This document shows positions 49,049 to 58,435 of a stretch of 64,000 bases of DNA, piece by piece. The position numbers were made by a program, and so were the translations under genes. The notes under the pieces are model-generated. The model did no database searches, was not told the DNA's origin, and saw only the letters and a list, made by a program, of their open reading frames with translations. Source of the stretch: an uncultured Pseudomonadota bacterium (GTDB taxonomy: Bacteria > Pseudomonadota > Alphaproteobacteria > RUG11792); contig CACZTP010000001.1 of assembly GCA_902784055.1 (NCBI GenBank), positions 10,755-74,754 on the forward strand, read 5' to 3'. The number at the start of each line of letters is the position of its first letter. Within the stretch, counting starts at the first letter, position 1.

Positions 49049-50086
49049 ATGTGTCATATGCTATTAAATGAGCAATTACAAGATTTTTTAAAAATTTTGA
49101 ACAAAATTGAGACAAATAATGAATTAGACATCGAATGTTCAAAGTTTTTAGGGAAATCTGGAATATTAACAAGAGAGTTCAAAAATCTTGCAAAACTATC
49201 TGATGAAGAAAAAAAAGCAACCGGGATAAGACTTAACGAAATAAAATCAATCGCTGAAAAAGCAATTAGAGAACGCAAAAACTGTATAAAACAAAAAGAA
49301 ATTGATCGAAAATTATCAGATGAGACTGTAGATATAACGTTGCCAGTACAAAAAGATTTTGGCAATTTGCACATTCTGACGCGTGAAACGCGACGTATAA
49401 AAAAGGAATATAAAAGCAAAGGGTATTTAATTCTTGATGGTCCTGAGATTGAAACGGAGTTTTTTAATTTTGATGCTTTAAATATTCCGAAATATCACCC
49501 CGCTAGGCAGTCGCAAGATACCTTTTATATAGAAAATTTTCCTGAAACACTTTTAAGAACGCAAACGTCATGCGTCCAAATAAGAGCGTTGCAAGAATAT
49601 GGCGTGCCTTTACGAATGATTTCAATAGGAAAAACATATAGAAACGACAAACTTGATGCTACCCATTCGCCTATGTTCCATCAAATCGAGTGCTTGGTTG
49701 TCGATAGAAAACCGATAAACGTTGGTCATTTGAAAGAAGCATTGCAACAAATAGTATCGTTTGTATTTGAAACAGATAACGTCTTATTGCGTTTCAGACC
49801 GAGTTTTTTTCCATTCACTGAGCCAAGCATGGAAGTCGATTGTTGTTATAGGAAAGTTAACGGAAAAGTTGAATTAGTATCTGATGGCAATTGTTGGCTT
49901 GAGTTGGGCGGATCTGGACTTGTTCATCCAAATGTATTTAAAAACTGCGGTATAGATGAAAAGGTATATGGATTTGCTTACGGTTTTGGATTAGAACGTC
50001 TTGTTATGCTTAAGTACGGAATAAATGATATTCGCTCATTCTATAATCCAGATCCGAGAATTCTTAAAAGTTACGCTTCAGCATAG
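49049..50086 (+). CDS. pheS: Phenylalanine--tRNA ligase alpha subunit
   Basis: HPAR..QDTFY, class II motif 2/3 (FRPS.FPFTEPS, GFAYGFGLERL). Confidence 0.95.
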   Translation: MCHMLLNEQLQDFLKILNKIETNNELDIECSKFLGKSGILTREFKNLAKLSDEEKKATGIRLNEIKSIAEKAIRERKNCIKQKEIDRKLSDETVDITLPVQKDFGNLHILTRETRRIKKEYKSKGYLILDGPEIETEFFNFDALNIPKYHPARQSQDTFYIENFPETLLRTQTSCVQIRALQEYGVPLRMISIGKTYRNDKLDATHSPMFHQIECLVVDRKPINVGHLKEALQQIVSFVFETDNVLLRFRPSFFPFTEPSMEVDCCYRKVNGKVELVSDGNCWLELGGSGLVHPNVFKNCGIDEKVYGFAYGFGLERLVMLKYGINDIRSFYNPDPRILKSYASA

Positions 50087-50137
50087 TGGAACAACATCAT
50101 TATATACTTAAAATATTGGTATAGCATTGGTATGTAA

Positions 50138-51268
50138 GTGGCACGGTTTGAAAATTTATCTTTAAGACCCTCATCTTTAAGTCAGGTCGTAGGGCAAGAT
50201 CTTATAGTAAACGCGTTAGCTAAAGGCCTAGCGCAGGATAATATTCCTCCAGCATTTCTTTTTTATGGAATAAGGGGAGTGGGGAAAACAACACTTGCTC
50301 GCATCCTTGCTTGCTCATTCGCTTGCACAAATCCAGTTAACGGAGAGGCGTGCGGTACCTGCAGATCGTGCAAGATATTTAAAACTGGATCTCATTTGGA
50401 TGTTTTAGAATTAGATGCAGCGAGTAGAACTGGCGTTGATGACGTAAGAGAAATAATAAGCGCTTGCCAGTATACTCCTGTAATAGGTCGTAATAAAGTA
50501 TTTATAATAGATGAAATTCATATGTTGTCTAAAAGTGCTTTTAATGCATTATTAAAGACACTTGAAGAGCCTCCAACTCATGTTAAGTTTATTTTTGCTA
50601 CTACTGAAGTTAATAAAGTTCCGGATACCGTAATGTCTCGATGTCTCGCATATAATTTACGCCCATTGCCTTTATCTGTATTAAGCAAACATCTTATGTC
50701 TATAGCAGAAAAAGATGTTTTTATGCTGTCACAAGATGCATCAGAATTAATAGCAGATGAAGCTGGCGGTTCTGTTCGTGACGCTTTATCGCTACTAAAA
50801 CAGGCTGTATTGTTATCACGTAATGTAACAGCTGAAGTTGTCACATCTATAGTTGGCAGCGCCAATCCTCGTGATATAAAGAACTTATTAAAATTAATAA
50901 CTGATGGAAAAGTTTATGATGCTTCTATCTGTGTGAAAGGAATGCTATCAGAAGGAGCGGACGCTGTTAGTGTTTATAAACAACTGCAAAAAGAATTATA
51001 TTCACAAATAATCGAAACCGTTAGTAAAAACGACAAAGGTGTTTTAACAAGGTTGCTCTATTTATGGCAAATACTGCTAAAACAATCTGAAAATATAAAT
51101 AGTGCGACTTATCCTGATTGTGTACTTGGTGCCGTTGTTATAATGCTTGCTCACGCTGCTGATTTCCCAGATATAAGAGCTATTATTAATAATACAAACT
51201 TGAATAAAAGCGTTATTGATGATGTATTAACACAATTTCCAAAATCTATAGTAATACCGGTTGAGTAG
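50138..51268 (+). CDS. dnaX: DNA polymerase III subunit gamma/tau (short, 376 aa)
   Basis: GIRGVGKTT Walker A, a Cys zinc module (CGTCRSC), DEIHMLS, SRC. Confidence 0.93.
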   Translation: MARFENLSLRPSSLSQVVGQDLIVNALAKGLAQDNIPPAFLFYGIRGVGKTTLARILACSFACTNPVNGEACGTCRSCKIFKTGSHLDVLELDAASRTGVDDVREIISACQYTPVIGRNKVFIIDEIHMLSKSAFNALLKTLEEPPTHVKFIFATTEVNKVPDTVMSRCLAYNLRPLPLSVLSKHLMSIAEKDVFMLSQDASELIADEAGGSVRDALSLLKQAVLLSRNVTAEVVTSIVGSANPRDIKNLLKLITDGKVYDASICVKGMLSEGADAVSVYKQLQKELYSQIIETVSKNDKGVLTRLLYLWQILLKQSENINSATYPDCVLGAVVIMLAHAADFPDIRAIINNTNLNKSVIDDVLTQFPKSIVIPVE

Positions 51269-51281
51269 GGGGTAAAAAAAT

Positions 51282-51893
51282 ATGGATATTAAACTTTTTA
51301 AAAATGACTTGCCTGAAGAGTTTCTAAATAATATTCAGTCAGTTGCAATTGATACCGAGGCAATGGGGTTGTGTCCATATCGTGACCGTCTATGTCTTGC
51401 TCAATTCTGTAAGGGTGATAATATCAGCTATTTAGTACAGTTCGATTGTTTTTGTAAATCTTACAATATTTGTAAATTGTTGACAAATAAAAACGTAATA
51501 AAGATTTTTCACTTTGCAAGATTTGATGTAATGATGTTATATAAATACCTTGGCGTAATGACTGAAAACATATATTGTACTAAAATTGCATCGAGACTTG
51601 TAAGAACTTACACAGATAAACATTCTCTTAAAGAATTATGTAAATCGCTACTTAATATTGAACTTGCAAAGACTGAGACATGTACAGATTGGGGCAATCT
51701 GAACTTGACAGAAGAACAATTAAAATATGCAGGAGAAGATGTTGTTTATCTCCATAAATTAAAAGAAAAGCTTGATATATTACTTATCAGAGAAAATAGA
51801 ACTGAAGTCGCACAAAAATGTTTTGATTTTCTATCTACAAGAATTTATTTTGATTTAATTGTTAGCCAAGAATACGATATTTTTAAACATTAA
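51282..51893 (+). CDS. rnd: 3'-5' exonuclease, small RNase D-like (DEDDy)
   Basis: AIDTEAMGL, HFARFDV, YAGEDVVYL. Confidence 0.8.
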   Translation: MDIKLFKNDLPEEFLNNIQSVAIDTEAMGLCPYRDRLCLAQFCKGDNISYLVQFDCFCKSYNICKLLTNKNVIKIFHFARFDVMMLYKYLGVMTENIYCTKIASRLVRTYTDKHSLKELCKSLLNIELAKTETCTDWGNLNLTEEQLKYAGEDVVYLHKLKEKLDILLIRENRTEVAQKCFDFLSTRIYFDLIVSQEYDIFKH

Positions 51894-52098
51894 TATAGTC
51901 TACTTATTTCTGTTCAAGCCTGTTTCCTTGATACTTGAATCGTGTATGTGATGTTTGTATTAATTTATGGTAAAAAATTGTTGCAAGAATGCACTTTTTG
52001 CCCACTAGTTATTAGCAGATATGACTATTTTGTAGAAATAGGTTTAACTTTTGCTATACTGAGTCCAGTTTGTTTGATTAATTTTAAAGGTTTTTGTT

Positions 52099-53925
52099 AT
52101 GAACAAAATGTTCAAGGTATTGTTAACATCGATGATCGCGATGCCTATGTTTGCAAGCCCAGACGTCGGAGCTAAGTCAAGATCTGGCTTTTTTATAGAG
52201 GCGAGCGTTTTTGGTCAGAGAGCAAAAGGGTCTTTTAAGAAGAATTCTGATTTGCTCGATAAATATAAAAGATTTCAAACTTGGTTAAAACAGAATGAAG
52301 CTACACAGAAAAAGATAGCTGAGGATGTTAATAAAATTCAACACTTACAAGCCAATCTTAACGCCGAAAATGATGCGGCCGCTTTAATTCAGAATGCATA
52401 CAAGACTACAACAGATATAGAATTCAACGGTGATACGGCTGATAACATTGATAACTCCCCGGGTTACTCAATAGATACATTCAAAATGAAAACAGTTAGA
52501 CAAGCCCGTCAATATAAATCTATTGGTCCTGGCATGTTTGTTGTTAGAAAAGATAGAATGATAAGAGTGGACGCTGATGGTTTCGCGAAAAAACTTGATG
52601 ATCCCGGTGCAGAGGGAGATAGTCTTATTCAAGCTGGTGTTGTCACTAGGAACGACGGAGCATTAAATAACCCAGCAAATGCTGCCCCTGACGCCAAGTT
52701 TGTTGCATATAGAATGACTGAAAGACCTATGGATGTGTTTGATGGTAACTGCGGCGAAGAGGCGGCTACTGGGGAAAGGATTGATCTTGATCAAATTGAT
52801 AGGTCCAATCTACAAAACGTCAATAATTTTTATTATGCGACTGATAATGATGGGAACGAGAACGAGGATTTTATAAGATTAAATGCAAAAGCTGCATGGA
52901 AAACTCATACTTACTCCGCTGATGAAGTCGTTGCTGACGGCACTTTGCGTGCGTCAATTGCGATCGGTCTTGATGATAAATCCTTAGAAGCAGCGGGTTT
53001 ACCAACCTTAAAAGCTTTGAACTTCTTGAATTTAAGTGGACACGGCGTTGTTCAGAATGCGTTGTATGTATCTGAAGATACCAAGACCGAAATGAATGGT
53101 AACTTTTTTTTAACGAATGCACGCACGTTTGGAGTTAACGTAGATTCAAATATAAAAGCAGCAATTGATGAGAGTCTTAGTGATTTTGACAAATTTAAAT
53201 CGAGTTTAATATCTTATGCAAAGAAGAAGGGGCTTGCCGCAGAGGAAGGAAACTCGGATTTAGCGTATTCAGATGCCAAAAAGTTTTCGTTTGGAGCAGA
53301 CGTAACACTCGGTTGTCGCCAATCCATAGGGGATTTTGATCTGTTCGGGGGGCTAACAGCTAGTTTTGTTTTCGCAAAAAAAACACTTGAAATAACGGAT
53401 TCTGATTCGAGTAGTAATGATAGTAGCAGTTCGAACGATGCGAACACGTCAGATGAGAACAAGGATAATGAGACATCAACAAATCTTAAATACCAGATTG
53501 ATGTTAAGATGAAGCCGAGCTTTGGTTTTACACTTGGACTGGCGTATCGAATTCTCCAAAATTTCTCTGCTGGAGTTGGAGTCGATATTACTAATGCTAG
53601 ATACGAAATAAATACAAACGATATAAACAAGTTGTTTATAGCGGAGAATGATGTCGTTGCAGATAGACTATCAGAACTTGGCGCAAGTACGTACAATTTT
53701 AACAAAGATGTTATTGAAAAAGGGCTGGGTAATAATAAATTGTCTGTGTCTAAGTGGGGGGTTAGTCCTTATGTAAAGCTGACATATCACTTAAACGACT
53801 GTGCCTCGATATTCCTGAAATTTGGATATGATAGGAGACATATTCTTCAAAACAGTAACACTAGTATTGGAGAATTGAAGCTAACAGGAATGAAATTTGG
53901 ACTTGGTATTAATTTAAATATATAA
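52099..53925 (+). CDS. Putative outer-membrane protein (608 aa): passenger, Ser/Asn/Asp linker, about 155-aa C-terminal beta-barrel-like domain
   Basis: Signal peptide MNKMFKVLLTSMIAMPMFA. Linker DSDSSSNDSSSSNDANTSDENKDNE. KPSFGFTLGLAYR... runs to the C-terminal GLGINLNI. Paralogous in architecture to 18342-19481. Confidence 0.7.
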   Translation: MNKMFKVLLTSMIAMPMFASPDVGAKSRSGFFIEASVFGQRAKGSFKKNSDLLDKYKRFQTWLKQNEATQKKIAEDVNKIQHLQANLNAENDAAALIQNAYKTTTDIEFNGDTADNIDNSPGYSIDTFKMKTVRQARQYKSIGPGMFVVRKDRMIRVDADGFAKKLDDPGAEGDSLIQAGVVTRNDGALNNPANAAPDAKFVAYRMTERPMDVFDGNCGEEAATGERIDLDQIDRSNLQNVNNFYYATDNDGNENEDFIRLNAKAAWKTHTYSADEVVADGTLRASIAIGLDDKSLEAAGLPTLKALNFLNLSGHGVVQNALYVSEDTKTEMNGNFFLTNARTFGVNVDSNIKAAIDESLSDFDKFKSSLISYAKKKGLAAEEGNSDLAYSDAKKFSFGADVTLGCRQSIGDFDLFGGLTASFVFAKKTLEITDSDSSSNDSSSSNDANTSDENKDNETSTNLKYQIDVKMKPSFGFTLGLAYRILQNFSAGVGVDITNARYEINTNDINKLFIAENDVVADRLSELGASTYNFNKDVIEKGLGNNKLSVSKWGVSPYVKLTYHLNDCASIFLKFGYDRRHILQNSNTSIGELKLTGMKFGLGINLNI

Positions 53926-53958
53926 CAATATTTTACGAAGATCATAGAGTTCTTGAGG

Positions 53959-53990
53959 GAAGCGTCACTTTGTTGATGCTTCTTTTGTTA
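53959..53990 (+). terminator. Rho-independent terminator
   Basis: gaagcgtca-ctttgt-tgatgcttc (one G-U pair) followed by ttttgttatttt. Confidence 0.65.
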
Positions 53991-54074
53991 TTTTGAAATT
54001 ATCTTACATTGGATTTTACGGGTAGTGTTATAATGCAAACGTAATTAAAATTAATGTGTGTATATTCAGCGAAG

Positions 54075-54461
54075 ATGAAAGTAGACCACTATCTAACGGA
54101 TGCGCAGTTAGATTATTTTAGATCAAGACTTTTAAAATGGAGAAGCGAACTTTTAAATGAAACAAATAGTACACAAAGCAAATTAAAAGGAGAAAAAGTT
54201 GTAGAAGCCGACGACTTAGATACAGCAAGTAATATGAGTAATCAAATGCTAGAGCTTAGAAGTAAAGATAGAGTTAGAAAACTAATACACAAGATAGATA
54301 AGGCATTAGCTAGAATTGATGACGGAACATATGGATATTGTGAGGAAACGGGCGAGCCCATAGGAGTAAAAAGGCTTGAAGCAAGACCTATTGCTACTCT
54401 TTGTATATCGGCACAAGAACAACATGAAAAAAACGAGCGGGAATATAGAGACGATGACTAA
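54075..54461 (+). CDS. dksA: RNA polymerase-binding transcription factor DksA
   Basis: Coiled-coil tip DDLDTA (DxxDxA). C-terminal YGYCEETGEPIGVKRLEARPIATLC. Start set at ATG 54075. Confidence 0.9.
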   Translation: MKVDHYLTDAQLDYFRSRLLKWRSELLNETNSTQSKLKGEKVVEADDLDTASNMSNQMLELRSKDRVRKLIHKIDKALARIDDGTYGYCEETGEPIGVKRLEARPIATLCISAQEQHEKNEREYRDDD

Positions 54462-55341
54462 AAAATGTGGTTTTGTATCAATTATTGGTAATACAAATGC
54501 GGGAAAATCTACGCTCCTTAATTACCTTATAGGCGAAAAGGTTTCTATAGTTTCACCAAAGATACAAACTACAAGGCAAGAAATACGCGGAATAGTAGAA
54601 TATGGTCAATCCCAACTGATATTTGTTGATACACCCGGATTTTGCCCGTCAAAGACAGCGCTTGAACGAGTTTTATTATCAAACTTTCGACGAGCGTATA
54701 AAAATTCCGATGTTACATTAGTACTCATTGACTGTACAAAAAAGAATTGGGAGAAAGATATTGACTTTGTGTCACATGAAAAAAAGTTAAATAGACCATT
54801 TGCAGTTGCTCTCAATAAAGTAGATTTACTCAAAGATAAGAAAAAACTACTAACTATTGCGGATAAATTAAGAACGTATCATTTTATTGACGAAATATTC
54901 TTTATATCAGCAATTAAAGGAACAGGAATTGAACCCCTGAGGCAATACCTTGCGGATGTTGTTCCTGAAAGCCCATGGCTTTATTTTGAGGATCACGACA
55001 AAACCGATCAGTCTTTATCATCGCGACTTTCAGAAATTACTCGTGAAACGATATTCGAATATTTAGATCAAGAGTTGCCATACAGTATTTATATAAGGAC
55101 AGATAAGTTAACAGTTACCGATAAAAGAATAAAAGTAATGCACTCAATAGTTGTTATGAGAGATACGCAAAAAGCGATAGTTCTAGGACACAAAGGTTCT
55201 ACAATAAGAGCAATTCGCCTTGCTACTATATCCAAAATGCGAAAAATTTTTAATAAAAATATAGAGTTAAAATTATTCGTTATTGTCAGAGACAAATGGA
55301 CAGAACGAAAAGAACATCTTATTGACGCTGGATTGATATAA
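54454..55341 (+). CDS. era: GTPase Era
   Basis: GNTNAGKSTL (G1), DTPG (G3), NKVD (G4), KH domain. Start set at ATG 54454, overlapping the dksA stop. Confidence 0.95.
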   Translation: MTKKCGFVSIIGNTNAGKSTLLNYLIGEKVSIVSPKIQTTRQEIRGIVEYGQSQLIFVDTPGFCPSKTALERVLLSNFRRAYKNSDVTLVLIDCTKKNWEKDIDFVSHEKKLNRPFAVALNKVDLLKDKKKLLTIADKLRTYHFIDEIFFISAIKGTGIEPLRQYLADVVPESPWLYFEDHDKTDQSLSSRLSEITRETIFEYLDQELPYSIYIRTDKLTVTDKRIKVMHSIVVMRDTQKAIVLGHKGSTIRAIRLATISKMRKIFNKNIELKLFVIVRDKWTERKEHLIDAGLI

Positions 55342-55557
55342 GTGAGTGTTTTCCAAATAATTTCTATTGTTTTAGCCTTAAGTGCAGTTTTCATAAAAAA
55401 TACTTTTACAGCAGTTGTTTTATTTGTCGGTCTTGTTTCAGTAATTGCTGGTATGGGTATATATAACGGACACGCAATACAAAGTGTAATAGTTTTTATT
55501 TGTTATATGACTGTTAATGTTATCCTTATCGGAATTTTTTACTGGAACGAACGTTAA
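55342..55557 (+). CDS. Small 3-TM membrane protein, possibly a truncated NuoJ
   Basis: 71 aa. GTG start abuts the era stop. ..VFIKNTFTAVVLFVGLVSVIAGMGIY.....IQSVIVFICYMTVNVILIGIF aligns by eye with NuoJ TM1-3 (..NPV.S.L.L......G........F.....I.VY.GA..VLF.F). Confidence 0.4.
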   Translation: MSVFQIISIVLALSAVFIKNTFTAVVLFVGLVSVIAGMGIYNGHAIQSVIVFICYMTVNVILIGIFYWNER

Positions 55558-55564
55558 TTATTTT

Positions 55565-56389
55565 TTATAAAGAGTTATATGGAACATAATCAATAGTTCC
55601 GTCATCACATTCATTAGCATATTCATGTCCTTCTGGGCATTCTACACAATCTGTTTTATTATCACCTTTCGGAAAGTACTTTATTGATCCATCGTCACAT
55701 TCTTCTGCATACTCAGCATCTGCAGGGCATTCAATACATTCATCTTTATCCGTTTTTACCTTTTCCTCCGGTAAATACTTTTTTGTCCCATCATCACATT
55801 CTTCTACGTAATCGTATCCTGGAGGGCACTCGACACATTCAGGCTCTGCTTTCTTATCAGTTTTTGGTAAGTCTTTTTTGGGACATTCACCAGCACATTT
55901 ATCGTCAAATTGTGGCTCCTTACTCGTTCCGTCATATATTATCATTTTATATTCTTCGAATTTTACAAGTATTTTTTTGTTTAACCCTAGACGTTCGGCA
56001 AATTTACCATTAACCGTGTATTTGGCAAATATATAAGATCCAAAAGCTTTTGTTCTTGATCGTGGTTCTATCTTTTCTTTCAGCCGTGATTTACCTGGGA
56101 TTATGTCATACGAGAATATTTCCAACTTATCTTTATATAATCTCCGCAACTCAGATAGTTGTGTAAAGTACGTCTGCGCATCCATACCATGCAGTTTTAC
56201 AACAAGATCCGATGAATAGGGAATAGCTATGTGACAAACAAACGGATTACCTCTATTTGCTTTTGGATCGACTTCAAAATCAACTCTTCTTACAAAAACC
56301 TTACGCTCAAGACTTGAACATCCACTAAAAAACAATATAGCACTGGCAACTATTAGTAAATTGCTGAATGTTCGAAGCATCGCCAACAA
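55565..56389 (-). CDS. Lipoprotein with three C-terminal Cys-rich tandem repeats
   Basis: Lipobox ILFFSGC. The C-terminus carries three copies of C[VI]ECP....Y..ECDDG[TS]..Y.P. Confidence 0.75.
   Translation of the reverse strand: MLAMLRTFSNLLIVASAILFFSGCSSLERKVFVRRVDFEVDPKANRGNPFVCHIAIPYSSDLVVKLHGMDAQTYFTQLSELRRLYKDKLEIFSYDIIPGKSRLKEKIEPRSRTKAFGSYIFAKYTVNGKFAERLGLNKKILVKFEEYKMIIYDGTSKEPQFDDKCAGECPKKDLPKTDKKAEPECVECPPGYDYVEECDDGTKKYLPEEKVKTDKDECIECPADAEYAEECDDGSIKYFPKGDNKTDCVECPEGHEYANECDDGTIDYVPYNSL
55568..55897 (-). repeat. Coding tandem repeats (about 31 aa, three copies plus a degenerate half copy) in the lipoprotein gene
   Basis: ECVECPPGYDYVEECDDGTKKYLP / ECIECPADAEYAEECDDGSIKYFP / DCVECPEGHEYANECDDGTIDYVP, preceded by KCAGECP. 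Visible at DNA level as repeated ccatc(a/g)tcacattc...gggcattc. Confidence 0.9.
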
Positions 56390-56472
56390 CCATGGTGCTT
56401 TTTATATAATTCTAACTCTTTATGAAAAATTAACGTTTTTGAAAATTGCAGATTATAGACTGGTAGTATACA

Positions 56473-56498
56473 GAAAAACCCGCCTGAGAAGCGGGTTT
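56473..56498 (-). terminator. Rho-independent terminator after the 17-kDa-antigen-like gene
   Basis: Minus strand: aaacccgc-ttctcag-gcgggttt followed by tttctg. Confidence 0.7.
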
Positions 56499-56525
56499 GA
56501 AATCTTGCTCATTATTGAGAAAAAC

Positions 56526-57011
56526 TTACTCATTTCCAGAAGTTGGAACAACACGACCGCCTGAGTTATTATATATAACTTTTACTCTCTGTCCCACTGA
56601 CAATTCGGGTGTTTTTCCTTGAGTTATAGCAACTGTCCCACCTTCGTCGAGTGCAATTGTGTACTCACACCCATCAACATTACGGTTTTGAATCGCATTA
56701 CCTGCTAATCCACCAGCTAGCGCTCCGATAGCTCCCCCTATTACCTGTCCCTTATTTCCAGAAGACACAGCGTTACCTATTAAGGCACCTCCAAGGGCTC
56801 CACCAGCTATGCCAAGACCAGCACCAGCGCCAGCTCCTTCATGACGCTTAATTTTTACAAGACGCTTTGATTGGATAGTGCCATAACTTACCCGATTTAC
56901 TTGTTTTGCCTCAGACGTAATATACTGATCTCCAGATAATGGATCGTCGCACCCCGACAAGCACATCCCAAGAACACAGCAACCGAAACAACTAATAATC
57001 TTAAAATTCAT
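56526..57011 (-). CDS. Glycine-zipper lipoprotein (17-kDa surface-antigen-like)
   Basis: Lipobox CLSGC. Gly-zipper GAGAGAGLGIAGGALGGALIGNAV...GGAIGALAGGLAGNAI. Start set at ATG 57011 (GAGG upstream) rather than track GTG 57035. Confidence 0.8.
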   Translation of the reverse strand: MNFKIISCFGCCVLGMCLSGCDDPLSGDQYITSEAKQVNRVSYGTIQSKRLVKIKRHEGAGAGAGLGIAGGALGGALIGNAVSSGNKGQVIGGAIGALAGGLAGNAIQNRNVDGCEYTIALDEGGTVAITQGKTPELSVGQRVKVIYNNSGGRVVPTSGNE

Positions 57012-57050
57012 GAGAACAACCTCAAAATTAACCACAAATTTATTATATTA

Positions 57051-57791
57051 CTAGTTCCGATCGAACGTTGCATTTACAACAATGCGGTAACGTTTCAGAT
57101 AGGACCGCTCCCCATCAGACCAATAATCACCATCCAAACGATTTTCGTCCGCATTTAGAACAGTAAATTTACCGGTAGATATATTCCTCAAACCTCTTAC
57201 TTTTACGCCCGCAGCCTCAGCAATTTTTTTGGCCCTAACTTTTGCATCTGCGGTTGCCTCATCAAGTAAATCAAGTCGTATCTTAGCGAAATCGCTTGAC
57301 GAGTAACTTGCCGATGCTGTAGCACAAATATCTTGTTCATACAAATCTGACAAATGAGAATTTAAACTTTTTACAGCATCAACCTGTTTTGTTTTGACAG
57401 TAATTGTTCGTTTTAATTCATACCTGTTCTCAGGTTTTTCAACATTGTTTCCACCCCCATACCGAGCATAGCGATCTGCCAGTCTGTCTGTAATCTCATC
57501 AGACGTCTCGGCAACTTCATCGTCATTAAATCCGTACTTATGAAGAAACTCTATTACCTTTCCCGAGGTGGATGCGAGAGTTGTTTTTAAATCGCTCATC
57601 TTATTTCCCTCGACGGTAAAACTTATATTCAATTTTGCCTCATCGGATTTAATAACCCGATCGGCAAGCCCATTTACACAAATGTGGGAATTCCGTTGTT
57701 TCATCAAATCCTTGACAGAATATCCTAAACAACACATAGCAAAAATTCCCAACACTCCTGATAGTTTTAATACTTTGTTTACTACTTCCAT
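57051..57791 (-). CDS. SIMPL/DUF541 (BP26-like) periplasmic protein
   Basis: Signal/TM segment, then a pattern typical of the 26-kDa periplasmic immunogenic protein family (..ISFTVEG.. and a late ..KIAEAAGVKVRGLRNIS..). Recognised by eye only. Confidence 0.7.
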   Translation of the reverse strand: MEVVNKVLKLSGVLGIFAMCCLGYSVKDLMKQRNSHICVNGLADRVIKSDEAKLNISFTVEGNKMSDLKTTLASTSGKVIEFLHKYGFNDDEVAETSDEITDRLADRYARYGGGNNVEKPENRYELKRTITVKTKQVDAVKSLNSHLSDLYEQDICATASASYSSSDFAKIRLDLLDEATADAKVRAKKIAEAAGVKVRGLRNISTGKFTVLNADENRLDGDYWSDGERSYLKRYRIVVNATFDRN

Positions 57792-57949
57792 AACTTTTAC
57801 AATACTATTACATCCTAAGAGAAATTATAGCATATTCTAAATATTTACACATTTTCCTATTGTAGGCTAATTGTTTATTTTTCATGTTAGAGGTACGGTA
57901 CATGTTAAAATAACAATGAATAAAATGTGACAGATAAAGTAGAAAGAAC

Positions 57950-58435
57950 GTGGTAACTTTTGAAAACATTAATAACTGGGAATTAATAACAAACAAAGGA
58001 CGAGTTTTATGTCTTGATTATGGTAATAAACGCACAGGGGTGGCTATTTCAGATCAAATTTGGTCTATTGCGACACCGCTCACAGTTCTAGATACTGCAA
58101 ATGTCTGCAATGGTATTTTAAATATATTAAAAGATTATAAGGTATCGTTAATTGTTGTAGGTATGCCACTAGCTCTTAATGGAGGAATGGATGGAAAACA
58201 ACTTAAAATAGTCGAAAAATTTACTGAAAAATTACAAGATTTTTTAAACAAAAATAACTTTGCTATAAAAATAATAATGCATGACGAAAGGCTTAGCAGC
58301 GTTGTTGCGAACAGGGTTTTATCAGAGGCAGATTTTACAATAAAAAAACGCAAAAAGAATGTTGATAAAATAGCTGCATGTTTTGTGTTACAAGGATTTT
58401 TAGACAAGGTTAGATATAAACTTTATGGGAATTAA
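57950..58435 (+). CDS. ruvX: Holliday junction resolvase-like nuclease RuvX (YqgF)
   Basis: LCLDYGNKRTGVAISD, VVGMPL..NG, DERLSS. Confidence 0.9.
   Translation: MVTFENINNWELITNKGRVLCLDYGNKRTGVAISDQIWSIATPLTVLDTANVCNGILNILKDYKVSLIVVGMPLALNGGMDGKQLKIVEKFTEKLQDFLNKNNFAIKIIMHDERLSSVVANRVLSEADFTIKKRKKNVDKIAACFVLQGFLDKVRYKLYGN

Noticed and set aside
48966-49172. 68-aa minus-strand ORF running through the G10 tract
   Set aside because: It overlaps the pheS 5' end antisense and the promoter region of the 665-aa gene. It has no RBS and an implausible sequence.
51942-52175. 77-aa plus-strand ORF overlapping the start of the 608-aa outer-membrane protein gene
   Set aside because: It is out of frame with the signal-peptide ORF, which has the better start context.
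53214-53705. 163-aa minus-strand ORF
   Set aside because: It is antisense to the 608-aa outer-membrane protein gene and is a low-complexity artefact.
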